From Occultella glacieicola (GTDB taxonomy: Bacteria > Actinomycetota > Actinomycetes > Actinomycetales > Beutenbergiaceae), in the NCBI RefSeq assembly GCF_004353825.1, contig NZ_SMNA01000011.1:1-64000 (forward strand): 64,000 nucleotides of DNA, read 5' to 3'. Position numbers and translations under genes: made by a program. This document shows positions 1-11,462 of this stretch, in pieces. The stretch's first letter is position 1; every line of letters starts with the position of its first letter. The notes under the pieces were generated by a model. That model was not told the origin of the DNA and did not search any database. It saw only the letters and a program-made list of their open reading frames with translations.

Positions 1-1
1 G

Positions 2-1846
2 GCCCGGGCGGCGCTCGCGGCGGCCGAGGCCGCCGCGGCTGGGTCCGACCAGCGCTCCGACGCACGCGAGGCGCCGGCGCCGGAACCGGACGTGGACCCC
101 GTCGGCGCGCCTGACCCCACCGGCCCCGAACCGACAGGTGACGACGCGACCGATGCCCCGCCGTCGGCCCCCACCGAGACCACCGACACCGGACCGGCGG
201 CCGACAGCGCCACCCAGGCACCGCCGTCGGGCGCCGACCTGTCCGAGTCCGCGGCCGCGATCGTCGCCGGCTACCGGTTCGAGGGCGGCATGCTGCCCCT
301 CGGCGCGCTCGTCGAGGGCGACCGGGCGATCGCGGGCGCCCAGATCGGCCTGCCGCTGTCGATGATGAACCGCCACGGACTGGTCGCCGGCGCCACCGGG
401 ACCGGCAAGACCCGCACGCTGCAGGGGATGGCGGAGGGCTTGTCGGCGGCCGGGGTCCCGGTGTTCCTCGCCGACATCAAGGGTGACCTGTCCGGCCTCG
501 CCGTGCCGGGGGTGGGCAACGAGAAGCTGCTCGCTCGCACCACGAGCCTCGGCCAGGACTGGCAGGGCGTCGCCTACCCGGTCGAGTTCTACTCGCTCGG
601 CGGGATGGGGCACGGCGCCCCCATCCGCACCACCGTCACCGACTTCGGCCCGCTGCTGCTGTCGAAGGTGCTCGGGCTGAACGACACCCAGGAGTCCTCG
701 CTCGGCCTGATCTTCCACTGGGCCGACGCCCAGGGACTCGCGCTGCTCGACCTCAAGGACCTGCGGTCGACCATCGCCTACCTGACCTCCGACGACGGCA
801 AGGACGAGCTCAGGGGCATCGGCGGGATCTCGACCGCGACGGCCGGGGTGATCCTGCGGGAGATCGTCGCGTTGCAGGCCCAGGGCGCGGACGTCTTCTT
901 CGGCGAGCCCGCGTTCGTCACGTCCGACCTGATCCGGCTGGCCCCGGACGGGCGCGGCGTGATCTCAGCCCTGGAACTGCCGTCGGTACAGGACCGGCCC
1001 GCGCTGTTCTCCACGTTCCTGATGTGGCTGCTCGCGGACCTGTTCAGCGACCTGCCGGAGATCGGGGACGCCGACAAGCCCAAGCTCGTGTTCTTCTTCG
1101 ACGAGGCACACCTGCTCTTCAACGACGCCTCGAAGGACTTCCTGGCGCAGGTGGTCCAGACGGTGCGGCTGATCCGGTCGAAGGGCGTGGGGATCTTCTT
1201 CGTCACCCAGACCCCCAAGGACGTGCCCGGCGACGTGCTCGCCCAGCTCGGCAACCGGGTCCAGCACGCCCTACGGGCCTTCACCCCGGACGACCAGAAG
1301 GCGCTGCGAGCCACGGTGCGCACGTTCCCCGAGTCCGCCTACGACCTCGAGGAGCTGCTGACCTCGCTGGGCACCGGCGAGGCGGTCGTCACCGTGCTCA
1401 CCGAGAAGGGGGCGCCGACCCCGGTCGCCTGGACCAGGCTGCGGGCACCGCAGGCCTCGATGGACCCCGCGCCCGAGGCGACGCTCGCCGCGATGGTGGC
1501 CGGGTCGCCGTCGAACGCGACGTACGGCACCGCGGTCGACAACGAGTCGGCCTACGAACTGCTGACCCGGCGCATCGACTCCGACCGGGCCGCCGCCGCG
1601 GCGGCGGAGCAGGCCGAGGCCGAGGCGAAGGCGAGGGAGAAGGAGGAGGACGACCTGGAGCAGATGCAGGAGAAGCTGCGCCAGGACGCGGCGAAGGAGG
1701 CCGAACGCGCCCAGCGGGACGCCGAGAAGCGGCGGGCCTCGACCTCCCGGAGCGCACGCGGCGGCCTCGATTCGTTCCTGCGCAGTGCCGGCACGGTACT
1801 CGGCAGGGAGATCACCCGGTCCATCTTCGGCACCCGCAGACGCTGA
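2..1846 (+). CDS. DUF853 / HerA-like P-loop ATPase (YjgR family), 5'-truncated by window edge
   Basis: Walker A GATGTGKT, FLADIKGDLSG, Walker B FFFDEAH, RLIRSKGVG, QLGNRVQHALRA; frame is open from base 2, so the true start is probably upstream of the window. Confidence 0.85.
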   Translation, partial: ARAALAAAEAAAAGSDQRSDAREAPAPEPDVDPVGAPDPTGPEPTGDDATDAPPSAPTETTDTGPAADSATQAPPSGADLSESAAAIVAGYRFEGGMLPLGALVEGDRAIAGAQIGLPLSMMNRHGLVAGATGTGKTRTLQGMAEGLSAAGVPVFLADIKGDLSGLAVPGVGNEKLLARTTSLGQDWQGVAYPVEFYSLGGMGHGAPIRTTVTDFGPLLLSKVLGLNDTQESSLGLIFHWADAQGLALLDLKDLRSTIAYLTSDDGKDELRGIGGISTATAGVILREIVALQAQGADVFFGEPAFVTSDLIRLAPDGRGVISALELPSVQDRPALFSTFLMWLLADLFSDLPEIGDADKPKLVFFFDEAHLLFNDASKDFLAQVVQTVRLIRSKGVGIFFVTQTPKDVPGDVLAQLGNRVQHALRAFTPDDQKALRATVRTFPESAYDLEELLTSLGTGEAVVTVLTEKGAPTPVAWTRLRAPQASMDPAPEATLAAMVAGSPSNATYGTAVDNESAYELLTRRIDSDRAAAAAAEQAEAEAKAREKEEDDLEQMQEKLRQDAAKEAERAQRDAEKRRASTSRSARGGLDSFLRSAGTVLGREITRSIFGTRRR

Positions 1847-1889
1847 CGATCCCCCGCCGACCCGCTCTCTGCGGTTCGGCGAGGGATCG
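1847..1889. terminator. GC-rich hairpin between convergent genes
   Basis: CGATCCC-CCGCCGA...TCGGCG-AGGGATCG imperfect inverted repeat right after the stop codon. Confidence 0.6.
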
Positions 1890-1910
1890 CCTCGGGATTC
1901 AGCGTCCTCC

Positions 1911-3266
1911 TCAGAACGTGCCCGCTTCGATCGCGGCGGTGCGCTCGGCCTGCTTGGCCGCGTCCTTGGGGTACACCCGGTAGAACAGGAACCAGTAGCC
2001 GGCGTTCAGCAGGTACGGGACCGTTACCAGGTAGAGCATCACCTGCTGGAGCCCGAGGGCGTCGGCCAGGAAGCCCATCGCGAGGGTCATCAGCGCGCTG
2101 ATCGCGCCCTGGATCAGGGAGAACAGCACGGCGAACGCCGTCGCCGAGAGCTGCTTGGGCGCCACGGTGGAGACCATCGGCAGCACGCAGGCGGAGAACC
2201 CGACCGAGGCGATGAGGCCGAAGGCGAAGATCACCGCGTAGATGGCGAAGCCCTTGCCCCAGTCCATCTGCAGCGCCACGTAGGACATGCCGGCCATCGC
2301 GACCAGGTAGATCTGCATGAGGATGATGCGGCCCTTGGCGCCGAACTTGCGGACGAACAGGTCGCCGAGGAGTCCGCCGACGAACGCGGACACCGCCATG
2401 CCTGCCGCGAACACCGACCACAGGATCGCCGCGCCGGGGATGTCCCAGCCGCGCACGTCGACCATGTAGGTCACGAAGAAGGAGAACAGCACGAGGCTGG
2501 TGACCAGCGGGAGCATGCCGGCCAGGAGGCCGATGGTGGGGATCTTGAACAGCTTCGCCGCGTCGGAGATCTTGAACCGGCCCACGTCGGGGTCGTCGGA
2601 GATCGAACTCTGTCGCTTGGGTTCCTTGACGAACAGCAGGATCAGGATGCCGGACAGGACACTGAGGCCACCCATGGTGAACATGCCGTAGCGCCAGCCG
2701 TTCGGGTCGTTCGCGAACAGGGCGATGGCCGGGCCGAGGATCATGCCGAGCACCGAGCCGATACCGCGGACGGTGCCGAACGCCCGGCCGCGGGTCTTGT
2801 CGTCGAACAGGTCGCCGAGCAGGCCGTTCACGATCGGCTCGGAGGCGACGGTGCCGATCACGCCGATGCCGTACAGGATCACCAACCAGGTGAAGTTCGG
2901 CGCGAGGCCGGCGGCGGCGGTCCACAGCCCCCAGACGCCGGTGACGATGAACAGGACCTTCTTGCGGCCGTAGCGGTCGGCGGCGAGCGCCCAGGCCGGT
3001 CCGAAGATCATCCGGGCGAACCGGGCCAGGCTGGCCAGGATGCCGAGCGCCCCGAGGGAGAGCCCGAACGCGTCCCGGATCAGCGGGAAGAACGTGTTGA
3101 TGAGCGAGTTCTCGGAGTTGTCGATCGCTCCTGCGACCGCGAGGGCGCCGACGGCCTTGCCGCGGCCCTTCGTCTCCGGGGTCTCGGTCGCGACCGGACC
3201 GGTCGGGGCGACCGGGTCGGCGGTCGCCGTCCGGCCGGCGCCCTTCACTTCGTCGAGCACACTCAT
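1911..3266 (-). CDS. MFS transporter, possibly hexuronate/glucuronide uptake
   Basis: About 12 hydrophobic segments, MFS motif A (LAADRYGRKK, LLGDLFVRKFG); ATG 3266 preceded by GAGAGG; substrate inferred only from upstream motifs. Confidence 0.85.
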   Translation of the reverse strand: MSVLDEVKGAGRTATADPVAPTGPVATETPETKGRGKAVGALAVAGAIDNSENSLINTFFPLIRDAFGLSLGALGILASLARFARMIFGPAWALAADRYGRKKVLFIVTGVWGLWTAAAGLAPNFTWLVILYGIGVIGTVASEPIVNGLLGDLFDDKTRGRAFGTVRGIGSVLGMILGPAIALFANDPNGWRYGMFTMGGLSVLSGILILLFVKEPKRQSSISDDPDVGRFKISDAAKLFKIPTIGLLAGMLPLVTSLVLFSFFVTYMVDVRGWDIPGAAILWSVFAAGMAVSAFVGGLLGDLFVRKFGAKGRIILMQIYLVAMAGMSYVALQMDWGKGFAIYAVIFAFGLIASVGFSACVLPMVSTVAPKQLSATAFAVLFSLIQGAISALMTLAMGFLADALGLQQVMLYLVTVPYLLNAGYWFLFYRVYPKDAAKQAERTAAIEAGTF

Positions 3267-3346
3267 GATCTGCCTCTCTGCAGCCGCCGGAGGGTCCGAC
3301 AGGGCCGACCGGGGGGTTGGTGGTGTGCCTCCATTGAGGCAGTCGA

Positions 3347-3423
3347 TGGCAACCTCCGGACATCTGTTGCCACCCGTTGCCGGGTGGTTGCCGGGAGTTG
3401 TTCCGGGGTTGCCATGCGTTGCC
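3347..3423. promoter_or_regulatory. Array of GTTGCC half-sites matching the hexuronate-cluster operator
   Basis: TGGCAACC at 3347; GTTGCC at 3366, 3376, 3387, 3408, 3418 (GTTGTT at 3397); same hexamer forms the palindromes at 19870 and 20950. Confidence 0.6.
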
Positions 3424-3495
3424 CCGGAGCGGGTGTCCCGGACCGGGCGGGGGCGCGCGTGCGCAGGCGACCTCGTTGGCGTCGCGCCGGCGCTG

Positions 3496-4824
3496 CTACC
3501 CGAGCTGCTCCAGGAGTCGGCGCAGGTTGGCGGCGACCACGCCGGCCAGCTCCCACCTGGAGTCGGGTTCCAGGGATCGGGCGATCCCCTCGTAGGAGAT
3601 GCACTGGTGGACCAGGTTCGCGATCGGTGCGAGAGCGAGCGCGCGGTCGGTGTCCGCTCCCGGTGCGTGCGCGCGCCAGACGGTGGCGAACTCCTCGAGC
3701 ACGGCGTTCCCCGCGGCCGGGTCCTTCTCCCGTCGGCCGTTCGCGAGCAGCGCGGCGTCCAGGAACGGGTGGGCGATCGCCGCGTCGGTCCAGTCGTAGA
3801 TGACCAGCCGGCCGGCACCGGTGGCGACGTTGCCGAGGTGCAGGTCGCCGTGGGTGAGCGTGTCAGGGACGCCGCACTCGGCCAGCTCCCGCAGGTGCTT
3901 CTCGACGCGGCGTCCGAGCGCGGGCAGTCCCGCGCGTTCGTGCTCGGTCAGCCGGGACAGTTCGACGCTGCCGGTGAGGACGTCGGCGAATGCCGCCAGG
4001 GTCGGCTCGATGGTGCGATCGGGACAACCGGCGCCCCTGAGCGCGTCGACGTGCTCCAGCGAGCGACGCTGCAGTTCGGCCATCGTCCGCGCCGTCCCGA
4101 GGGCCACGTCCGCGCCCTCGGGTTCGGCGGCCCCGCCGGCGTCGGTCTCGGGGAGCGGGTCGAGCAGGAGCCAGCCACGGGCCGGGTCCGTCGCACGGAC
4201 CGTCGGCACCCGTTCGGGGTCCAGGGCACCGACCGCGACCGTGATCGCCGGCTCGGCGTGGAACCAGTCGCACGCGGCCTTGAGGTACAGCGGCACGTTC
4301 GCGCCGCCGTCGCCGCGGCAGTCGAAGCGGACGACGGCGGACAGGCACCAGATCTTGACCGGTTCGCCCGGTCCCTCGCGACGTAGGCCGAGCGCGGCGA
4401 TCTGCCGATCGAGCCACGCGGTCGCCTCGTCGAGCCAGCCGGTCCGGTACCAGTCGGGGCGGGCCGGCGGGGTCGGGACGACGCCGTCGCGCTCGGCGAG
4501 GGCGAGCACGACGGCGGCACGCACCTCCTCGGGCAGCGTCAGCCGGTCGAGGTGGTCCACCGCGACGCGCTGACCGGTGGGCCATGAGGGCGGGTCGGGG
4601 ACGTCGAGCACCTGCACCACCGTGTGGTCACCGACCAGCCGGGCCGGGGCGACCGGCCGCGCCGCCGGGAGGCCGGTCGCCGCTCGCAACTCGGTTGCCG
4701 AGAGCCATCGGCCCGGAACGCTCGGCAGGGTGCGGGTGCCGTCCGCGGCGAGCGTGGTGAGCAGGTCGGTGCCGGCGATCGCGGCGACCCAGACCCACCC
4801 GTCCTGCTCCCGCGACGCCGTCAT
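3496..4824 (-). CDS. Aminoglycoside phosphotransferase/choline kinase-like family protein
   Basis: LYLKA, HGDLHLGNV catalytic loop, IYDW metal-binding motif. Confidence 0.8.
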   Translation of the reverse strand: MTASREQDGWVWVAAIAGTDLLTTLAADGTRTLPSVPGRWLSATELRAATGLPAARPVAPARLVGDHTVVQVLDVPDPPSWPTGQRVAVDHLDRLTLPEEVRAAVVLALAERDGVVPTPPARPDWYRTGWLDEATAWLDRQIAALGLRREGPGEPVKIWCLSAVVRFDCRGDGGANVPLYLKAACDWFHAEPAITVAVGALDPERVPTVRATDPARGWLLLDPLPETDAGGAAEPEGADVALGTARTMAELQRRSLEHVDALRGAGCPDRTIEPTLAAFADVLTGSVELSRLTEHERAGLPALGRRVEKHLRELAECGVPDTLTHGDLHLGNVATGAGRLVIYDWTDAAIAHPFLDAALLANGRREKDPAAGNAVLEEFATVWRAHAPGADTDRALALAPIANLVHQCISYEGIARSLEPDSRWELAGVVAANLRRLLEQLG

Positions 4825-4836
4825 GGGCCCATCCTG

Positions 4837-5006
4837 CCTGTCGAGAGTGCTGAAATGGTCGCCATTTCCGCACCCTCACCGCCGGGCGCGTCGCCCCACC
4901 GCGCGGCTCACCCTGTCGAGAGTGCTGAAATGGTCGCCATTTCCGCACCCTCACCGCCGGCGCGGGAGTGCTGAACCGGCGCCCACTTCCGCACCCTCAC
5001 CGCCGG
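4837..5006. repeat. Cluster of palindromic REP-like repeats (3 copies)
   Basis: Identical 49-bp copies at 4837-4885 and 4912-4960, degenerate copy 4964-5006; core GAGAGTGCTGAAATGG-TCG-CCATTTCCGCACCCTC is an imperfect hairpin. Confidence 0.85.
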
Positions 5007-5150
5007 CCTCGGCCGGGTCAGCCGGGTGCGCCGGGCCCGGCGTGGGCGGCGGCCGCGCCACCCGCGACGAGCCGCCGCCTCGGGTGTTCCGATGTCGCAC
5101 GCCTCGGCGGCGTTCGCGCAGGTCGTACCTGCCGGAGAAGCGATCGCCCC

Positions 5151-8105
<2,955 letters not shown>

Positions 8106-8160
8106 GTGCGTTTCCTTGGGCAGGGCCACCGACAGGCGGCGGCGTCACGGAGGCTGACAT

Positions 8161-8187
8161 GAGAAGACCTCCCGGATAAGGGAGGTC
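8161..8187 (-). terminator. Attenuator terminator hairpin in the leuS leader
   Basis: Minus strand GACCTCCC-TTATCC-GGGAGGTC-TTCTC, perfect 8-bp stem. Confidence 0.75.
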
Positions 8188-8228
8188 GGCCGCGCTGACG
8201 CGGCGCCACAAGGGGCGCCCGCTGAAGA

Positions 8229-8267
8229 TCAGCGCGGCTGGCTAAGCAGCGAGTCCGTGAAGAACAT
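8229..8267 (-). CDS. leuS leader peptide MFFTDSLLSQPR
   Basis: ATG TTC TTC ACG GAC TCG CTG CTT AGC CAG CCG CGC TGA; tandem Leu codons; TAGGCT -10 box 7 nt upstream of the ATG. Confidence 0.8.
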   Translation of the reverse strand: MFFTDSLLSQPR

Positions 8268-8323
8268 GCCCACCAGCCTACCGCAGCCCGATCCGCGCAG
8301 CCGCGACGATTCCCGCGCAGTGA

Positions 8324-8350
8324 TTGGTCTGGTCAACCAGACCAGACCAA
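8324..8350. promoter_or_regulatory. Inverted-repeat operator of the TA operon
   Basis: TTGGTCTGGT (8324-8333) / ACCAGACCAA (8341-8350), just upstream of TAGCCT -10 at 8353-8358. Confidence 0.7.
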
Positions 8351-8364
8351 TCTAGCCTTGCCAC

Positions 8365-8601
8365 ATGGGTGCCCAGGTCAACGTCCAGGAGGCGAAGACT
8401 CGCTTGTCCGAGCTGCTCAAGCGGGTTGAGGCCGGGGAGTCGATCACGATCGCGCGCGCCGGCAGGCCGGTGGCCGAACTGCGGCCCGCCCAACCGGTCG
8501 CCCCCGTGTTCGGCGGACTCGTGCCCGGCCTCGTCGTCGGGCCGGAGTTCTTCGAGGAACTTCCCGAGGACGAGTTGTCGCGCTGGGACGGGACGCCATG
8601 A
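8365..8601 (+). CDS. vapB: Phd/YefM-family antitoxin
   Basis: VNVQEAKTRLSELLKRVEAGESITIARAGRPVAEL; ATGA overlap with the PIN gene. Confidence 0.9.
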   Translation: MGAQVNVQEAKTRLSELLKRVEAGESITIARAGRPVAELRPAQPVAPVFGGLVPGLVVGPEFFEELPEDELSRWDGTP

Positions 8602-8987
8602 GATACCTCCTCGACACCCACGTCCTGCTGTGGTTGGCGAATGAGGCCGAACGGGTACCGGTCGAGACTCGGAACCAACTGGCGCAGGCGTCGGGCCGCG
8701 TGGTCTCGAGCGCCTCGGCGATGGAGATCGCACTCAAGACCAGGCTGGGAAGGCTCACGGGTGGCCACGCGATCACGACCGGCTGGCAGCGCGTCCTGTC
8801 GAGCTTCCTGGCCGACGAACTCCCGTTGTCCGGTCCGCACATGCTCTATGCAGGCGGTATGGATTGGGCGCATCGTGACCCGTTCGACCGGATGCTCGTC
8901 GCACAGGCACTGCTCGAAGGGCTCGTCCTGGTCACCCTCGACCGCGCCATCATCGCGCACGCCGAGGTCGAGACCCTGTCCTGGTGA
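8598..8987 (+). CDS. vapC: PIN-domain toxin
   Basis: YLLDTHVLLW, SAMEIALK, HRDPFDRMLVAQA, LVTLD acidic PIN residues. Confidence 0.92.
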   Translation: MRYLLDTHVLLWLANEAERVPVETRNQLAQASGRVVSSASAMEIALKTRLGRLTGGHAITTGWQRVLSSFLADELPLSGPHMLYAGGMDWAHRDPFDRMLVAQALLEGLVLVTLDRAIIAHAEVETLSW

Positions 8988-9020
8988 GCGCCACTCTCGC
9001 CACCAATGGTTCCCGCGTCG

Positions 9021-10055
9021 TCAGGTCGCGTCGATCCCCGCAGTGCTCTCGCGGACCACGAGCGTGAACGGAACCTTCTCGTCGACGGCCGCCGCCGGCC
9101 CGGTCCCGGCCGCGAGCTGCGCCTCGAGCATCCGCAACGCCACCTCGGCGAGCGCCGACCGGTCCGGGGAGATCGTGGTCAGCGAGGGCGTGACCGCCCG
9201 CGCGTACGGGATGTCGTCGAAGCCGACCACAGCCACGTCGTCCGGCACGTGCAGGCCGCGCAGGTGCAGCGCACGCATCGCGCCGAGGGCAACCCAGTCG
9301 GTCACGGCGAAGATCCCGTCGGGGGCTGCGGCGCCGAGTTCGAGCAGGGCCCGGGCCGCGCGTTCGCCCTCCTCCCCCGAGTTGGCCGTGATCGGCACCA
9401 TCAGCTCGGGAAGCACCGGCAGGCCCGCGGATTCGAGCGCCTCGACGTAGCCTTCCTGGCGGGGCCCGGCGGTCGCCCCGACCAGCGCGATCCGGCGTCT
9501 GCCGAGATCGAGGAGATGCTCGACGGCGGCGCGTGCGGCCTCGGTGTTGTCGATCGCCACGTGGTGGGCCGCGTCGCCGAACGTCTGCTCACCGAGGAGC
9601 ACCAGCGGGGTGCGGTCGGTGCGCTCGGCCAGGTCCGACGGCGCCAGGTGCTGGGCGCTCACGATGAGGCCGTCGATCCGCTGCGGGAAGCGGCCCTCGA
9701 GCGCCTCCCGCTCAGCCGCGTGGTCGCCGCCGCTCTCGTGGATGAGCACGAACCACCCGCGGGCCTCGGCCCGTTCGACGACCCGGCCGGCGAGCGCCGC
9801 GAAGTACGGCATCTCCAACCGGGGCACCACGAGTGCGATCACCCCGGACCGACCGCGGGCGAGGTTGCGGGCCGAGAGGTTCGGGCGGTAGCCCACCTCC
9901 GCTATCGCGGCGAGGACGCGGGTGCGGGTGCGCTCGGTCACGTGCGCGTACCCGTTGATCACGTTGGAGACCGTCTTCATCGACACACCCGCGATCTCGG
10001 CGACATCGGTGAGCCGCGGCTGCGGCGACCTCCGGTCCTGGACCACGGCGGTCAC
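9021..10055 (-). CDS. LacI-family transcriptional regulator
   Basis: LTDVAEIAGVSMKTVSNVIN HTH, YRPNLSARNL hinge, VVGFDD; GTG start uncertain. Confidence 0.92.
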   Translation of the reverse strand: MTAVVQDRRSPQPRLTDVAEIAGVSMKTVSNVINGYAHVTERTRTRVLAAIAEVGYRPNLSARNLARGRSGVIALVVPRLEMPYFAALAGRVVERAEARGWFVLIHESGGDHAAEREALEGRFPQRIDGLIVSAQHLAPSDLAERTDRTPLVLLGEQTFGDAAHHVAIDNTEAARAAVEHLLDLGRRRIALVGATAGPRQEGYVEALESAGLPVLPELMVPITANSGEEGERAARALLELGAAAPDGIFAVTDWVALGAMRALHLRGLHVPDDVAVVGFDDIPYARAVTPSLTTISPDRSALAEVALRMLEAQLAAGTGPAAAVDEKVPFTLVVRESTAGIDAT

Positions 10056-10116
10056 CCTACCGGAGCCGTGCCGCCCGGTTGCGGGCCGAGGGGCGCGCCC
10101 CCGGACCGGGCGCCGG

Positions 10117-11430
10117 TCACGATCCGAAGACGCGGGCGGCCTCGTCGACGAACTGGGCGGCGGCGTCGGCCGGGGTCGCGGCACCGAACCCGACGTCCTG
10201 GTTCAGGCGCGGGAACGCAGTGCCCTGCAGTTCGCCGTAGCCGGTGGGCCACGCCTCCGGAGACGGCCCGACCTGGCCGGCGATCTCGTCCACGAACGCG
10301 ACGGCCCGTCCCTCCGCGGTCTCCGGGTCCAGGGCGAGCAGCTCACGCGAGCTCTCCGACGGTGGCACCCCGAGGGTCAGCCCGATGGAGGTGACCGCAC
10401 GCTCGTCGTTCAGGAGGAAGTCGATCAGCTCGGCAGCGGTGTCCTGGTTCGCCGAGGTGTTCATGACGCACCAGAAGTCGAGCGCCTTGACGAACTGCCC
10501 GTCCAGGGACCCCGCCGTCAGTCCCGGCACCGGACCGACGGCGAGCGGGTGCTCGGGAACCAGCGGCTGCAGGAACGCGACCTGCTGCACCCAGCCGAAC
10601 GTGACCGCGGCGTTGAGCTGCGAGAGCTGCGACGTCTCGAACGTGTCGCTCTCGGCCGTGACGTCCGGCGGGGGCACGGCCCCGGCGGCCCGCAGGTCCT
10701 GCCACATCACCAGCCACTCCTCGATGACGCCGGCACCCACGGCCAGGCCCTGCTCGTCGAACAGGTCGGTTCCGTGCTGGCGAGCCCAGACCTCGAACAT
10801 CTGGAAGTCGCCGCCGGCGTCCGTCGACCCGTACTTGCCCGGCCCGGCCGCCTCGGCGAAGGAGGTGCAGAACTCGGTGAAGTCGGCCCAGCTCCACTGC
10901 TCGGGCAGCTCGAGGCCGTGCTCGGACGCCAGGCCGGTGTTCCGGAACGTGGCGTGCGTGATCGAGGACTGGCCGATCCCGTAGAGGCCGTCGTTCAGGG
11001 CGCCACTGGTGGCCACGTCCTCGTCCAGTGCGTCGGTGTCGATGACCTCGCCCACGTAGTCACCGAGGTCCAGCAGGGCGCCCCGGTCGGCGTACTCCGC
11101 CAGGAACGTCATGGACATCCGCAGCACGTCCGGCCCGTCACCGCCGGCCACCTGGGTGGCCAGCCGGTCCCAGTAGTCGCCGAAGGGAGCCTTCTCGGTG
11201 GCGATCGAGGAGTCGGGGTGGTCCTCACCGAACGCCGCCAGGGCCCCCTCGATGCCCTCGTGCGCCGGCTGGCCGCCGTACCAGGCGACCCGCAGAGCGT
11301 CCCCGTCCGGCCCGCCGCCCGAGCCGTCGGAACCGGAGCCACCGCCGGCGGAGCGGCAACCGGCCAGGGCGCCGGCCACGAGGGCGGCGCCCCCGGCGCC
11401 GAGGAATGCACGTCGATCGATCGTTGACAC
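10117..11430 (-). CDS. Carbohydrate ABC substrate-binding lipoprotein with Tat signal
   Basis: IDRRAFLG twin-arginine motif, LAGC lipobox, GPDVLRM; GTG start after GGAGGT. Confidence 0.88.
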   Translation of the reverse strand: MSTIDRRAFLGAGGAALVAGALAGCRSAGGGSGSDGSGGGPDGDALRVAWYGGQPAHEGIEGALAAFGEDHPDSSIATEKAPFGDYWDRLATQVAGGDGPDVLRMSMTFLAEYADRGALLDLGDYVGEVIDTDALDEDVATSGALNDGLYGIGQSSITHATFRNTGLASEHGLELPEQWSWADFTEFCTSFAEAAGPGKYGSTDAGGDFQMFEVWARQHGTDLFDEQGLAVGAGVIEEWLVMWQDLRAAGAVPPPDVTAESDTFETSQLSQLNAAVTFGWVQQVAFLQPLVPEHPLAVGPVPGLTAGSLDGQFVKALDFWCVMNTSANQDTAAELIDFLLNDERAVTSIGLTLGVPPSESSRELLALDPETAEGRAVAFVDEIAGQVGPSPEAWPTGYGELQGTAFPRLNQDVGFGAATPADAAAQFVDEAARVFGS

Positions 11431-11462
11431 GGTGACCTCCATTGGTCGCGGCGTGGGCCCGG

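Noticed and set aside
3496..4824. Aminoglycoside resistance gene
   Set aside because: Only the generic APH/choline-kinase motifs are visible; nothing indicates an antibiotic substrate
4837..5006. Possible mini CRISPR array
   Set aside because: Only 2-3 units of 49 bp, spacers of 26 and 3 bp, no cas genes, and a dispersed copy inside larB; fits a REP-like repeat better
8106..8280. T-box riboswitch for leuS
   Set aside because: No T-box consensus seen; the leader peptide and hairpins explain the region
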